A stretch of DNA of 64,000 nucleotides from Callorhinchus milii (taxonomy: Eukaryota): assembly GCF_018977255.1 (NCBI RefSeq), contig NW_024704743.1, positions 868,001-932,000 on the forward strand, in the 5' to 3' direction. The notes beneath the pieces are model-generated. The model was given only the letters and a program-made list of their open reading frames with translations, made no database searches and was not told the origin of the DNA. The position numbers were made by a program, and so were the translations under genes. Each line of letters begins with the position of its first letter. The stretch's first letter is position 1. This document shows positions 12,101 to 23,800 of the stretch, piece after piece.

Positions 12101-15100
12101 TGATTCTATATTTAATATCACGTGGCTTCAAGTTACAGTCAACTACCTCGTACGTACCTTCCTTCACCTCCCCAGGCGCCATTGGGCGTGACTGCAATCT
12201 CTCTGCACTTGTCCAGCTCACTGTTATAGACCAGCAGCTTCAAGGGCTTCCCTTCGTAGAGCTCGATCAGGTTGTAGAAATCTTCAGACTGAAGAGGGAA
12301 GGGGGAGGGCGAGGGGGGAGGGCGAGGGGGGAGGGCGAGGGCGGAGGAAACAAGTGGTTTTACAGCGGCTCAGTGCGGCAAATGTGAGTCAGCGCGTGTC
12401 ACCCGCGCTCAGCTGGTGTTGCAGGGCAGCCTTGCTCCAACTTGTTTTACAAGGATGCGACAGCAGGTTTCGCCCTGCAGCGTCCGGGAATTACAACAAC
12501 AACTTGTGTTCATATTAGCGCCCTTCAGGCTGGGTAGCGCTCGAGCTCAATGTCAGTGGTGAGCTGATAATTGATGATCACAGTATTCGGTATAGCGCCG
12601 CCTCTCACACTGGGAGGCGTCTCAAATCCTCTTCCCGGGATTTACTATAAAGTGTAGTGACTGTATTTTGTAGGGGAAGGTGGGGGGGGGCAGCTCAGCA
12701 GGGGCGGTCTTTAACCTTCACGCAAATGGGGAGATGGGAGACCGTCGGTTTATTTCAATCTCTCATCCGAAGGGAGTTCCTCCTGGCGTCCTGACATGTC
12801 ACGGTAGCGCGGGGAGAGATGGGTTTACCTCTTGCATCACTTGGTCGGCGCCTACGATATAATCTGTGTGCGGGGTCAGGCCAGCCAGGTCCGCGGGAGA
12901 GTTCGGCTCAATATTCTGTTGGGGGACAAATCCCGCAGCGTGTTGGAATGGATAGTTAGCAGCGCTCAACAGCGCCTTCATCGTGTCGCCGCGACGTCTC
13001 AAAGCGCTTCACAGGACACACATTGTAAAACGGACCAACCGTGCGTCTCGTGGGCGAAACGCGGCAGCCAACTGCGTGCCCACAAGCAGTCGTGGATCGA
13101 GTGACCGCATTTGTTTTTGTTGCCGGGATAATTATCCCTCCCCACCCTCCCCCCCGGGGAAAAGCAGTCCTCCAATTGACTAATAATTAGGCTCCCACCT
13201 ATTACTGGCGGCGTGTGCGGAAACTTGCTCAAAGTTTCGCCCTGATCTGCCCGGGAATCGAACCCGGGTCCTCTCGCTCGCGAGGCGCGAGGCGAGAGGG
13301 CTCTGACCCCTGAGCTGCAGGGACTCCCACAGCACGTTGGGAATCATCACTACGTACCAGCACGTGCCAGACGTGTTCGTGAGCGCCCTGGAAGCTGCAG
13401 AAGCGGACGCTGGCTCCCAGCAGGCCCTGCCCACCCCACATGTTGCTGGGCACCACCTCCACCTCTCGGACCTTGGCGACCTTCATGCTGTAAACCTCCA
13501 GCTTCACAGCCTTCTCCACGTTAGCTTTCAGCAAGTCCTTCAAAGTGTCATTTTCCCGGTTCTGGACGGGGGTCAAGGACATCGTGCGTCAACAACAACG
13601 ACGAATGATATTCACACAGCGCCTTTCAAGTCAGAAGTACGTCCCAAGGCGCTAAAATGTCAAGGATTTGCAACCGAGCGAGAGGTTGGGATCAGGAGGG
13701 GTGGTGAGGCTCTGTATCAAATGCGAGGATTATCATCATCATCATTATTATTATTATCGTGAAGCAATTCAAAAATCTTCCTGACCCGAGAGGCTCTGGT
13801 TCGAATATTTTTTTTTTATTATGCAATGAGCAATTGCTAAACCGCAAATCTAAGGCCTTTAAAAAGAACTAAAAAACAGTAATAATCCTTGCATTTGATA
13901 CAGCGCTCCATCACATTGTTGAGCCGCCTCAAAGCGCTTCGCAGGATGTCCTGTGAAATGAACTGACTGCATATTCTGCAGGTAAACGCGGCAGCCGATT
14001 GTGCACAGCAAGTTGATTAGCCAACGGATTTTTTTTTGGAAGGGATAATCACCCGTAGAACGCGATCCGCCAATCGACTGACGACCGAGTTCCTACTTAC
14101 TGCTATAATAATAATAATAATAATCCTTGCATTTGATATAGCGCTTTTCACGTCGGGAGGACGTCCCAAAGCGCTTCACAGAACACACTGTAAAGTGAAT
14201 TGACTGTATATTTGTGGGCGAACGCGGCGGCCAATGGCGCACAGCAATGTCCCACAAACAGTCGTGGATTGAAAATGACCAATTTATTATTGTTTTGTTT
14301 TTTTGGAGGGATTATTATTACTGCTGTTGGCAAACAGAGGAAACTTGCCTAAGGTTTGCTCGGGGATCGAACCCGGGCCCTCTCGCCTTTGGGGAGGTCG
14401 AGGGAGAAATCCGAAAAGAACAGGCGTGGCCTCGACCGAAAGCGATAAACCATGCGATAAAGATTCTGAATAGCGGCATTTACCAGTCTGGTGTTGCCCA
14501 CAGTGAGGATGAAATCAAAGAAGGGTTCCAGGCCAGCTTTCTGGGCTGGGGAATCATCTTGAACCTACAACGAAAAAGCAGAGACTATTGTTACTTTATC
14601 ATATAATAATACTAATAATACTTGCATTTGATTCACTGCTTTACGACGTTCGCCGAAGCCTTAGGGTTGGGCTACAGCCGCGTGATACACCCCCCGGCAT
14701 CACCACAGCAATAATAATAAGTTGGTCTCTCCAACCCGTGGCCGTTGGTGGGTGGGGGGTGGGGGGGGGACGCTGCGGTGGGCGATTGGCCGCCGCGTTT
14801 CGCCCGCACAACTTGCAGTCGGTGCACTTCACAGCGCATTCCGTGACAGCGCTCTGAGACGTCTCGACGACGCGATCGGGCGCTGCGTCGAACGCCAGCG
14901 CAATCTTGTTGTCACGCGCCTCGCCTAAACGCCTCGTTTTACATTCGCTTTGGAGTTGCAACGACGACGATGACGACAACCACCGCCACCCTCGCCTTTT
15001 TCACTGCGGCGTCGCGGGTTTCCCGGGAGCCGCGCAAACGGCGAAAGCAATGGCCCCTTTCAGCCAGAGACTGGCGCTGAGAGCCACTCCCGACCACGTG

Positions 15101-18100
15101 CTTCGGTCGGTCATTCAACCTCCAAGTCAACAGGAAAGCCGACCGTTGGCAAGAGGCTCAGTCGCTGGGTTTGGGCGCCTCACCTGCTGCAGCGGTGGCC
15201 GCACGGGCAGTGGCTTCTGTCTATCGGCGCTGTGTGGGAGGATGGGGTGGAGAATTAATGGGGGGGGGCGGGGGCGGCGGCGGCGGTGGGGGCTGGCTCC
15301 AGCGTGGGTATCCAAACAGTGCATCTGTGGTGTGTGTGTGTGTGTGTGTGCGCTCGTGGTCCCTCTCTCTCTCCCCCCCCCCCCCGCCCGCACCCCTCTA
15401 TGTGCTTGTATCGTGGTCGGGTTCTGCCCCCACGCTCTGGAAGTCCATCCCCGAACGCCTCCGCCTGGGCCTCTCCCTTAGGCGGGTCTCAAGACCTTCC
15501 TCTGCGACCGTGTCTTCAGCCACACGTCCCAACCCCCCACCCCCCCACCCCCCCCCCTTGCCCTCCACCCCTCGTGTCTCCACTCCCAGCTCAGGTGCAA
15601 ACTCTTAAACTCGCAGAGGGTACAGATCAAGATCCTGGCCCCTCGCCTTCAAAGCCCTCCAGGACCTTGCTCTCCTCTTCCCCCCCACCCCCGCCCCCCC
15701 CCCACCCCACCCACGTCTGTGACCTCCTTAACCCCCTACCAACCTGCCCACTCCCTCCTCTCAGCGGGAGCCGGCCTGCTTCACGGACCCCCGCACAGCC
15801 CGCTCCACCGTCGGCGAGCCACTCTGCCCCCACCCTCCGGAACTCCATCCCGCGCAGTCCCTCCGCCTCGCCGCCTCCCTCGCCTCCCTCGAGACCCGTC
15901 TCAAGACCCTCCTCTTCGACCGTGCCTCCAATCACCCTCCTCCCCCCCCGCCCCCCCCCCACTCCCATTGCCCTCCACCCTCCCCGCTCCCAAGCCCCGG
16001 CTCGGGTCCGAACCACTGACTGTCCGGCGGCTTGGGACGTCCCCCCGAGGTGAAAGGGGCCGCGTAAACGACAGTTGCTGTTAACTGTGCTGCACTGAGA
16101 AACAGCACTGAAAGGGTTAAGCCCCCCCCTCCTCCCTCCCCGCGCCCCCCCCCCAAAAAAAAAAACCGCCATAATTACAGTGACAACACCCTTTCTAATT
16201 TGATGATCTGGTTGTAAATCAAAGTGGTTGGGGAGGGGCAGCGCAACCTGCAAAACCTGTCCCCAAAATAGTTGTTCAATCTTAATTGAATGTTCCTGTC
16301 ATCTGCACAATATTTATCGCTCCGTTTCCCCGAGTTCCAGATCACGAACCCGTCTCAGTTTTGCGCGGGGGGTGTGGGGGGGGGGTGTGGGGGGGGTGTG
16401 GGGGGGGGGGGGTGTGGGGGGGGGTGTGGGGGGTGGGCGGTCAGTCTGCGGGGAACTCACCGCCGGCGCTTCAGAATATCTGAACCAGACTGAGAAGGCA
16501 ACACAGCTGTTTGCCGCCCGCCGTGGGAATTTCGCTGCGTAGGAAGAGTTTTACTAGGGAGAGGAAGAGGGGGGGGGAGGGGGGAGATTCCCAGTGTGCG
16601 CAACGGGATAACTCCTGGAGTCTAACCAGCGAAAATCTGCGGGCTTGCCATCGAGAGCGCTGCCGGGCAAAAGCTCTCCCGCGGCTTCTCCGAGCGCGAT
16701 CAGCGAGGAAAGTCTTGAGACAGGCCTTGGAGTGAAGGCGGCACAGTGGGGGGGTGAGGGAGGGGGGAGGGAGGGGGGAGGAGGGGGGGGTGAGGCGGAG
16801 GGAGTCCGGGATGGTAGATCAAAGGGTTCCTACACGCAAACACATTCCGCTCCTCTTGGCAGTTCGTACAAACAGTTTCGTTCGGCCATAAAACAAAATC
16901 ATACGCAGACAAATGACGCGACCGGTCAACGGCACAGACAGACACGACAGAGACGCCAGACCCGGCGCGGTGCGGGGTCCAGACCCGGCGCAGTGAGGGG
17001 TCCAGACCCGGCGCGGTGCGGGGTCCAGACCCGGCGCAGTGAGGGTCCAGACCCGGCGGGTGCGGGGTCAGACCGGCGCAGTGAGGGGTCCAGACCTGGT
17101 GCGGGGTCCAGACCCGGCGCGGCGCAGGGTCCAGACCCGGCGCAGTGAGGGGTCCAGACCTGGTGCGGGGTCCAGACCCGGCGCAGTGAGGGGTCCAGAC
17201 CCGGCGCGGTGCGGGGTCCAGACCCGGCGCAGTGAGGGGTCCAGACCCGGCGCAGTGTGGGGTCCAGACCCGGCGCAGTGCGGGGTCCAGACCCGGCGCG
17301 AGGACCGGACCGGGCGGTGGTTTATACGTTATAAATATACTGTATCCCACAGTGTACCATACGCCGCGTCACACAACACAATATTAATATTAATACCCAC
17401 AGCCGCCGCGACAATGGAATGTTCCAGTCCAACCCCCACCCCCCCACACCCACATACCCCCACCCCACATACCCCTCACCCCCACACCCCCCACACCCAC
17501 ATACCCCCCTCACCCCCACATACCCCCCTCACCCCCACATACCCCCCCTCACCCCCACACACCCCCCTCACCCCCACATACCCCCCTCACCCACATACCC
17601 CCCTCACCCCCACACACCCCCCTCACCCCCACACCCCCACATACCCCCACATACCCCCCCTCACCCCCACACCCCACATACCCCCCTCACCCCCACATAC
17701 CCCCCTCACCCCCACACACCCCCCCCTCACCCCCACACCCACATACCCCCTCACCCCACATACCCCCCTCACCCCCACATACCCCCCTCACCCCCACACA
17801 CCCCCCTCACCCCCACACCCCCACATACCCCCTCACCCCCACATACCCCCTCACCCCCACATACCCCCCTCACCCCCACATACCCCCCTCACCCCCACAT
17901 ACCCCCCCTCACCCCCACATACCCCCACACCCCCCTCACCCCCACATACCCCCCTCACCCCCACATACCCCCCTCACCCCCACACACCCCCCTCACCCAC
18001 ATACCCCCCTCACCCACATACCCCCCTCACCCCCCCCACACCCCCACACCCACATACCCCCCTCACCCCCACATACCCCCCTCACCCCCCACATACCCCC

Positions 18101-18573
18101 CTCACCCCCCCACACCCCCACACCCCACATACCCCCCTCACCCCCACATACCCCCTCACCCCCACAACCACACACCCCCACATACCCCCCTCACCCCCAC
18201 ATACCCCCACATACCCCCCTCACCCCCACATACCCCCCTCACCCCACATACCCCCCTCACCCCCACTCACCCCACATACCCCCCTCACCCCACATACCCC
18301 CCTCACCCCACATACCCCCTCACCCCCATATACCCCCTCCCCCTCCCCTCACACCCCACCCTCCCCCCTCAACCCCCCACATACCCCCCTCACCCCCTCC
18401 TCACTCCCCCCCTCCCCCCCCGGGCCCAGGCCCAGCCTCTCCCCTGTCAGTCGGTGCCACGGCGGCAGTTGCCCCTCCCCCCCCCCCCCCCGGGGCCCCG
18501 CTCTCACCCCGTGGATGTGATAGCCCTCACTGCCGCCGCCGCTGGTGCTGTGGGCGCTCTGAGAGCCGCCCAT
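9101..18573 (-). CDS. GORASP1: Golgi reassembly-stacking protein 1 (GRASP65), complete, 9 coding exons, ~450 aa
   Basis: Exons (minus): 18508-18573 [22 protein letters not shown]; 14484-14564 [27 protein letters not shown]; 13358-13561 [54 protein letters not shown]; 12829-12915 [29 protein letters not shown]; 12158-12288 [33 protein letters not shown]; 11303-11459 [15 protein letters not shown]..; 10664-10853; 9632-9772; 9101-9396 (TAG). All introns GT-AG, phases consistent, total 1353 nt. Gly2 myristoylation start, tandem GRASP PDZ domains, Ser/Pro-rich tail. Residues ([13 protein letters not shown]) and adjacency to TTC21A favour GORASP1 over GORASP2. Confidence 0.95.
16955..17300. repeat. 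~23 bp GC-rich minisatellite, ~15 copies, two interspersed variants
   Basis: ggggtccagacccggcgcggtgc and ggggtccagacccggcgcagtga, in GORASP1 intron 1. Confidence 0.95.
17430..18420. repeat. ~19 bp C-rich minisatellite (~1 kb) just inside GORASP1 intron 1
   Basis: Unit cccccacatacccccctca repeated with variation. Source of the ~500 aa P/H/T-rich pseudo-ORFs. Confidence 0.95.
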
Positions 18574-18681
18574 TGCTCCCGACTCCCGGACCGTCCCGAA
18601 CAGCCCCTCCGCCGCCCGTCTCTTCCTCTCTCCCTCTCCCTCTCTGTTCGTCTGTCTCTCACTCACTGCGGAGCCGCTCCT

Positions 18682-18835
18682 CCCACAGCGCCACCGCGCG
18701 GCAGCGCCGCCGCACCGTCAGCCCTCGCGCTCTCCCGCTCTCCCCCACAGCGCCACCGCGCGGCAGCGCCGCCGCACCGTCAGCCCTCGCGCTCTCCCCC
18801 CACAGCGCCACCGCGCGGCAGCGCCGCCGCACTGT
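18682..18835. repeat. Three tandem 55-62 bp GC-rich units, each with a CTCF-like motif
   Basis: CAGCGCCACCGCGCGGCAG is identical at 18686-18704, 18748-18766 and 18803-18821; reverse complement CTGCCGCGCGGTGGCGCTG. Confidence 0.8.
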
Positions 18836-19427
18836 CACTTAAATCCCACCTCTCATCTTATTATTATTATTATTATTCTTATCCATATCATCATCACCAT
18901 CAATGTCAGAGACATAAAACATTATAACATTTAATATCATTTAATATATCCTAATGCACACGAACGTACACTGTAATGACAAATTAATATGAGATGTAAT
19001 ACATTATAGCATTAATGTCATTCGATATACGATATATCCCCAACTATGTGTACATTGCACTGCGTTACGATAATAGCCGAATGATAATAACTATCGCCGT
19101 TGACGCGGCGCCTCATCGCGGGACACGCTGGAGAGTGAACTGACTGCGCAGTTTTGCGGGCGAAACGCGGCAGCCGATTGCGCACAGCGGCGTCTGTCCC
19201 CCCCCCACCCCCCGCCCACCGCGCGAACAGCCGGGAGGGGTTGAAACGACGGGTTTATTATGGGGGGGAAGGGGGGTTCCCTTGAGGGACTATTATCAGG
19301 CGCGTGTGTGTGTGGTGTAAGGAGTAAGGAAGCGCTGCCCAAGGTTTCGTCCTGACCGGGAATCGAACCCGGGCCTCTCGCTCGTGAGGCGAGCGCTCTA
19401 ACCACTGAGCTACAGGATTCCTGTATT

Positions 19428-19755
19428 ATAATAATAATAATAATAATAATCCTCGCATTTGATATAGCGCTTTTCACGTCGGGAGGACGTCCCAAAGCGC
19501 TTCACAGAACACACTGTAAAGTGAATTGACTGTATATTTGTGGGCGAACGCGGCGGCCAATTGCGCACAGCAATGTCCCACAAACAGTCGTAGATTGAAA
19601 ATGACCAATTTATTATTGTTTTGGGTTTTGGAGGATTATTATTAGGGTCTGTGTGGAGTGAGGAAACTTGCCCAAGGTTTCACCCTCTGCCTGGGATTGA
19701 ACTCAGGTGTCTCGCTTGCAAAGCGAGTGCTCTAACCACTGAGCTACAGGACTCC
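19428..19755 (-). mobile_element. tRNA-derived SINE with L2-type tail, young internally shortened subfamily, head-to-tail copy
   Basis: Head ggagtcctgtagctcagtggttagagcactcgc.. (A box, tRNA-Ala-like) and tail ..gcgctttgggacgtcctcccgacgtgaaaagcgctatatcaaatgc(a/g)agg(att)n. Near-identical segments at 14108-14320(-), 39295-39440(+), 46316-46600(-), 46708-46930(-). Confidence 0.85.
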
Positions 19756-20424
19756 ACTGTAAAATATATAATATAATATCCACTATAATATAATATTATA
19801 TTAATGGTGAGGTATATGAATATGCTATTAGTATCAACACACGCAGCCTGCCTTGGCAATGGAATGGTCGATTCAAGCCAACCCTCTGTGGGGGTTTATA
19901 GTGATGGTTATATCATTGTAATCTCGCGCTCTATGCAATATAGATGACAAAATAATTAATTGGGTCACCTTTTCTCCCAAAAGATAAGGAACAAATAGAT
20001 GTCTTATCACCTGTGCCAACGTTGGAACAGTTGAACCTGTTCCTATCCCACATCTGATACCCGGGGGGCGGTGTGTGTGGGGGCGGTGTGTGGGGGAGGG
20101 GGTCATTTGATAGCAATAACGAACAGGTAACCTGGGGTCTCAGCCCAGAGGGATTCCGACCCGGATCGACCACCGCGTTCGAAGAATACAACAACAACAA
20201 CAACAAGATTCCATTTATAGAGCGCCTTTCACGTCGGGAGGACGTCCCAAAGCGCTGGACAGTTGGGTCCCTTTTCCCCCCCCCCCCCACCCCAAAAAGG
20301 TAAGAAACGGTACGTACGACTGAGGGGAACCCTTCAGTCGGGTTTTGGAGAACCCTTAAAGCCGGGCGAGGTGACCCCCCCAAAAAAAAAACCCCTGGCG
20401 ACGAGCAGCGACCTGAAGACAATA

Positions 20425-20438
20425 GTTACCCTAGTAAC
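20425..20438. promoter_or_regulatory. RFX X-box upstream of TTC21A
   Basis: GTTACCCTAGTAAC fits the X-box consensus GTNRCC-N0-3-RGYAAC exactly. Half-site-like CCTGGCGAC (~20394) and GCCTAGAAAC (~20447) flank it. RFX control of IFT genes is established. Confidence 0.75.
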
Positions 20439-20835
20439 AAGTAACCGCCTAGAAACAGAGATGCTCGGGTGTGGACCCCGGGCTACCAAACCGCAGGTGA
20501 GCTGCGTGTACCGTGATTATTACTATTGGTACTCCGGCGTAATATTACTGAGAATTTTGGGGCGCTTCGATCCGCGGCTGTTTGTGGGGGTGTTTGTGCG
20601 CAATCGGCTGCCGCGTTTCGCCCCCCAAATCTACACTCACCGTAGAGCCCGTGAAGCGCTTTGAGACGCCTCTCGAAGACGTGATAAGGCGCTGCTGTAG
20701 CCAATGCAAGGATTATTATTATTATTATTATTATTATTTTTCCACTGCGGGGCTTTATACCGTATTCGTTCTAACTTTAGGACTTCGGAGAGCAGAGCGA
20801 ACGCAGGTGGACCCCGTTCCCTCCCGAACTGAGCC

Positions 20836-23800
20836 ATGACTGACCTGGAGACCACTTTGGTAGGTGGATTTTTAATTATTTATTTTGTTTCCTCCTTAGG
20901 GTCATTCGTGTTAATGAACCCGCACAGCCGGGGGTTTGACTCCATTTCGTTGGGTCAGCGCTCTCTCTCTCTCTCTCTTCTCCCTCTCTCAGCCCTGGTT
21001 CCGAGACTGCACTTTGGGTTGAAGCTACAGTATGGTGCTGGGGGTGGGGGTGGGTGTGTGGGTGGGGTGGGGTGTGGGGGCGGTGGCGCTGTCGGAGGTG
21101 TCGTTGTTCGGGTGAGAAGTTGACCCCAGTCCTTGTGTTCCTGTTCAGGTTCGTGTTAAAGACTCTATTCAGAGATAAATCGGTGAATTCGCGTTGCAGC
21201 TGTAACGTGTAGTGACTGTGTAGTTTGTCGGTGAATGCAGCAGCCAAATTGTGCGCAGCAATGCCCCACGCGCACGCACACACGCACACATATACACACA
21301 CACACACACAGCCATGAAGCAAATGAGCAAATTTATCTGGGGGAACTGTTATAATAATGATAATAATCCTCGCATTTGATGTATAGCCCCTTATCACATC
21401 TCCGAGACGTCCCAAAGCGCTTCACGGGATGTGGGGGGGGAAACACAGCAGCCAATTGAGCACAGCGACGTCCCCACAAACTGTCGTGGGTTTGAATGAC
21501 CAAATGATTCCTTTTTTTTAAGGAATTATTATCCGCAGAAAGCGATCTGCAATCGACTAACAACAGGGTTCCTATTTCCTGCTCGGAAAACAGTGGGCCG
21601 TGCGCGCGTGTGTGTGTGTGTGCGTGTGTGTGTGTGTGCGTGTGTGTGTGTGTGGAGTAAGGAAACTTGCCGAAGGTTTCGCCCTCTGCCCGGGAATCGA
21701 ACCCGGATCCTCACGCCTGCGAGGCGAGTTATCTAACCACTACCCTACAGGACTCCACTTAGGTCTGAGCACCAGCAAAAAAAAACTCTCTTTTTTTTTT
21801 GTGTAGTGCCAGGGGATCTTTAACTTCCACCTGAAAGGCCCACGGGAATTTTGGTTTAACGTATCATCTGAAGGGGTGCGCTCCCAGCCCCGTCAACCCC
21901 GAGGTATGTCAGCCTAGACCGTGAGTTCAAAGCCCCGACACGGGTTTAATGATCCCGTGAGATGCCATTTCCCTTCAGATGACACATTGAACTAAACTAA
22001 AGGTCCCGTCTGCCCACGATAAACTCCGGCAGGAACCCCTCTGGGGAACCGAAGCCTTGGCTCTCGCCAACCACCATCTCATATACTCCGGGATAAGGTG
22101 AACAGGTCCATCCATCCAGATAGGGTGGGCGAGAGCGCACGTTCCATCCCAGACATTGGGAAATTTCCATGGGTATGTAGAACTAACTATCAGCCTCTAT
22201 TTACTAAGGAGGAACCGGGTTGTTAGTCGACTGACAGATCACTTTCCTGGGATAATAATCCCTTCAAAAAAAAATAATAATAACAAATAAATAAATTGGT
22301 CCCTCGATCCACGACTGTTTGTGGGACATTGCTGTACGCAACCGGCTGCTGGGTCTCGCCCCCCCAAAAACGTACAGTCAATTTAATTTACAGTAATATA
22401 AAGATAATCGTAATCCTCGTGTTTGATAGAGCCCCTTATCGGGTTTTCCCGTATTCTGCGAAGCGCTCCCAACGACGTGACCAGATGCTGTATCGAACGC
22501 AACGATTGTTATTACGCGCATTGGGTCAGACATCCGGTTGACCAAAAACCCGTGTAAAAATCCTAAACCTTTTCTCTGTTGTGATTTCAGGCACTAATAG
22601 TTTACTACTGTCAGGAAAAATATTTCCACCATGTTCTGAATATTGTACACAAAGAGATGCAGGTGTATAACAATGAGCCGCTGCTCCTCTTCTTCAAAGG
22701 TTTTGCGGTTTTGATGGAAGGTAAGGTCACAAAACGGGCTAACACTCTCATCTCTGAGTCAGAAGCCCCACCTCAGGATTTTTCGGGCTCATACCGGGCT
22801 GACACGCCCGGGTTTTAACAGTAAAAATCCCTTGCATTTGATATAGCGCCTCATCACGTCGTTGAGACCTCTCAAAGCGCTTCACGGGACATTGAGAGCC
22901 CACTGAACGGAGGGAATGGGCAGGTGGGTATGGAGTTAGAGGTCGGGATAAGCAAGGCTGTGGAGGGCTTCGAAAGCGAGGCCAAAAGCTGTCCTCCGGG
23001 GAAACGGAGAGGCAAGAGTGCTTACCCACTGAGCCGGGTTGACACACAAAATGGGCTGAGCCGCATTTGCCCGAGCCTCGGTAGGTTTTTCACCGGGAGA
23101 GAATTCTGTGTTGTTTCGCAGGTCGCATCCAAGAAGCCATCAGAGACCTGGAGGCAGTAAGGCAAGTGCAGGATATTTCACTGTGCTCCACCATGGCTCT
23201 TATTTACGCGCACAGAAGGAGCTCGGTCATTGGTGAGTTTCATTGCTCTTCACGTTGGCTTTCGTTGCACAGACTTCAAAGCGTTGAATCTCGGCTACCC
23301 CTGGAGATACAGAGGCTGAGGTGGGCCGTTCACGGAAGGTTGGAGCACAGAAACAAGGTGTAGGCGCTTCACAGGACATACTGTAAAGTGCAGTGACTGT
23401 GTGTTTTGTGGGTGAATACGGCAGTCAATTTGTGCACAGGAGTGTCCCACAAACTGTGGAGAATGACCAATTTTATTTGGGAGGGAATTGTCGGTCAGGA
23501 CACGGGGAGAGAGAAACTCTCTGCCAACACTGCAACACTGCCACCCGGACAGGTAGACAGACAGGACCACAGTTAGTGACCAGTCCGCCCCAACCGATTC
23601 CTAGGAACTGAATAGATTTTAAAGTGATCCGTCATTGTCAGTGCCTTGGAGTACAGTTTGTGGGGACGTCCCGGGTTACCGAGACCGTCGCAGAGGGTTG
23701 AACCTATTCCGATATTCCAACTGAGCTCCCCCCACCCCCCCCAACCCCCCAATAAAGGGCAGTCAAATGAACCTCAGACATTCTCCACTTGCCGTCCACT

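Larger units (their letters stand above)
18574..20835. promoter_or_regulatory. Divergent intergenic/promoter region between GORASP1 and TTC21A
   Basis: The two start codons point away from each other ~2.3 kb apart. CpG-rich patches at ~18.4-18.85 kb and ~20.3-20.5 kb are separated by an AT-rich stretch and two SINEs. Confidence 0.8.

Noticed and set aside
15286..16253. 255 aa and 208 aa Pro/Gly-rich ORFs
   Set aside because: Overlap L2 3' fragments and C/G runs; no splice or codon support.
16581..16591. NF-kB-like site GGGAGATTCCC in GORASP1 intron 1
   Set aside because: A single short motif in G-rich sequence is expected by chance.
17039..18927. 493 aa and 502 aa Pro/His/Thr-rich ORFs
   Set aside because: They run through stop-free C-rich minisatellites in GORASP1 intron 1, antisense to exon 1; low-complexity artefacts.
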